DNA of 64,000 nucleotides from the human T2T-CHM13v2.0 reference genome, Homo sapiens. Numbering within the stretch: position 1 is the first letter of the stretch; every line of letters starts with the position of its first letter. The notes beneath the pieces were generated by a model. The model saw only the letters and a program-made list of their open reading frames with translations. It was not told the DNA's origin and did not search any database. The DNA lies in the NCBI RefSeq assembly GCF_009914755.1, contig NC_060933.1; one strand, written 5' to 3'. This document shows, one piece after another, positions 62,227 through 64,000 of the stretch. The position numbers and the translations under genes are program-made.

Positions 62227-62419
62227 AGTAGTTTTTAACCAAGAGTTTTGTCCTCAGGGGACATTTCATGGTGTCTGGAGTTAGTCTGTTTGTCAAGACT
62301 GAGTTGGTTGGGGGCCTGGAATAGCAAGGAAGTCAACTGAATCAAGATCTAGTGAGTAGAGGCCAAGAAATTGCTGATAAACACTTGTAATAAAAGTATT
62401 GCTGATCAAAAAACACTGC
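62227..62419 (+). mobile_element. MER20 (hAT-Charlie MITE)
   Basis: cagtagtttttaacc...caggggacattt...gtctggag...atctagtgagtagaggccaag...aaacactg. Confidence 0.8.
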
Positions 62420-62791
62420 TAATCTTCCAGTTTGTTCAAGTTCTAATTGTTTCATGTTACCACTAACAGAAAAAAATCAGAAGAGAGAAATATTAAGTAG
62501 GATACTTACATAGAAAATGTAGAGATTGAAAAGATACTGAGAAAAGCATATCTCAAAACTATTATTTCCATCTAGCTAAAGCCAAAGAAAAGGTTATTTT
62601 TTTAACATTGAGATAAAATGTTACTAATAGTTATACATAAAGAGATAATCTAAAATCCTGAATTATTTTTAAAGAAAAAATTGGAAATATATATTAGAAC
62701 CATCAATAGGAATTATTTATTGGTGGTTCAAATATATGAAACATTAAGTTTTACAAAATTAAAAATACAATGCAAAGATAGGATTAAAGAA

Positions 62792-63093
62792 GGCTGGGCA
62801 TGGCTCATGCCTGTAATCCCAGCACTTTGGGAGGCCAAGGCTGGTGGATCACCTGAGGACAGGAGTGGAAGACCAGCCCGACCAACATGGCAAAACCCCG
62901 TCTCTACTGAAAATACAGAAATTAGCCGGGTGTGGTGTCACACACCTGTCATGCCAGCTGCTTAGGAGGCTGAGGCAGGAGAATTACTTAAACCCAGGTG
63001 GTAGATAGAGATTGCAGTGACCCAAGATGGCGCCACTGCATTCCAGCCTGGGCAGCAAAGCGAGACTCCGTCTCAAAAAACAAACAAACAAAT
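62792..63093 (+). mobile_element. AluS
   Basis: Alu consensus; TSD aaagataggattaaag. Confidence 0.95.
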
Positions 63094-64000
63094 AAAGATA
63101 GGATTAAAGGAGAGTATAGTGCTAACTTGTTTCTCAGATCTGCCTTCTTATGAGATTTAGTACTGGGCTTACAAACCTGTGGAATGCTGAGGGGCAGGAA
63201 ATGGTAGGAGGCTCTGGAAGCTTCCACCCTGTCCTGGGCTGGATAGAGCTCCAGAGTAGGGAGGCTGGTCAGGTGCTCACTGGAGCGATGAACAGCCTTC
63301 TAAGCCAGAGACATCACACTTTTTGACTTTCCTTCTTGTGATGTGCTTGTGGAGGGAGAAATCTAAACTGGAACCTGATGTCAGGTCTTCTAGAAAATGA
63401 GTTTTGACCCTTCCAGTGCTGAGACATAGTGAAAAGCGTGCAAGTGCACGGGTGTGATGCAAGAAGTCACTAGGTTATCCAGTACTCTGATGTTAATACA
63501 ATTAAGGAGTAGAGATTGTTGCTCCTAGAATGGTGTAATTTCCCCTTTCCAGCTTAGAATATAGAGCAATTAATCTTTAAATAACCTAAGCTTCTGACTC
63601 TTAGATTGCCCATGACAAAAAAAAAAAAAGAAAAAAATAGAAAAAGAAAATGTACTTTGTATTAGGTTTGGTACGAAGTCAGTACTTGGTATATAAATGT
63701 TAAAATCATGCATGTTTTTAAAACATCCACAATTTTAATGAAATTTTCATAAGAATGCATTTAAAAAATAAAATTACACTCCTGTTCCGTCTGTACATTG
63801 CCTTACAATGTCTAAAACCATTATTTCCTGTCTTAAGCCACCATTGCAGCCTACAGGACAAAACCAAGATTCCCTTGCTGTTGCCGGAAGCACTCCGCCC
63901 TCTGATCTCCAATTCTCAAATAAATGGGGCATTGATCCATTGCTCTGTGTGAGTTAATGCCCTAGAATTATGCTTATCTGCTTATCTCCCTGGGTTCCTT

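Overview
AT-rich, gene-poor primate (human-like) genomic DNA, roughly half of it retrotransposon-derived; no intact protein-coding gene is supportable. Positions 1-33 kb are a LINE-1 graveyard. It holds an old HSPA8 (Hsc70) processed pseudogene split by a 5'-inverted L1, and an internally deleted L1PA4-like element head-to-head with a full-length L1PA7/8-like element. It also holds a three-element nested L1 stack, and three L1s in the window show the twin-priming inversion structure. Positions 34-64 kb hold a long degenerate L2, many Alus, MIR/MER20/old L1 fragments and a few unique segments that may be regulatory or exonic. The most unusual items are a TSD-flanked tailless retrocopy of exactly the 5' exon of tRNA-Leu(CAA), a candidate minus-strand first exon encoding MARKR, a collapsed MADE1 palindrome and a CR1-like relic. 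I see no convincing novel multi-gene system. Subfamily calls come from remembered consensus motifs and are approximate, as are the boundaries of old repeats.
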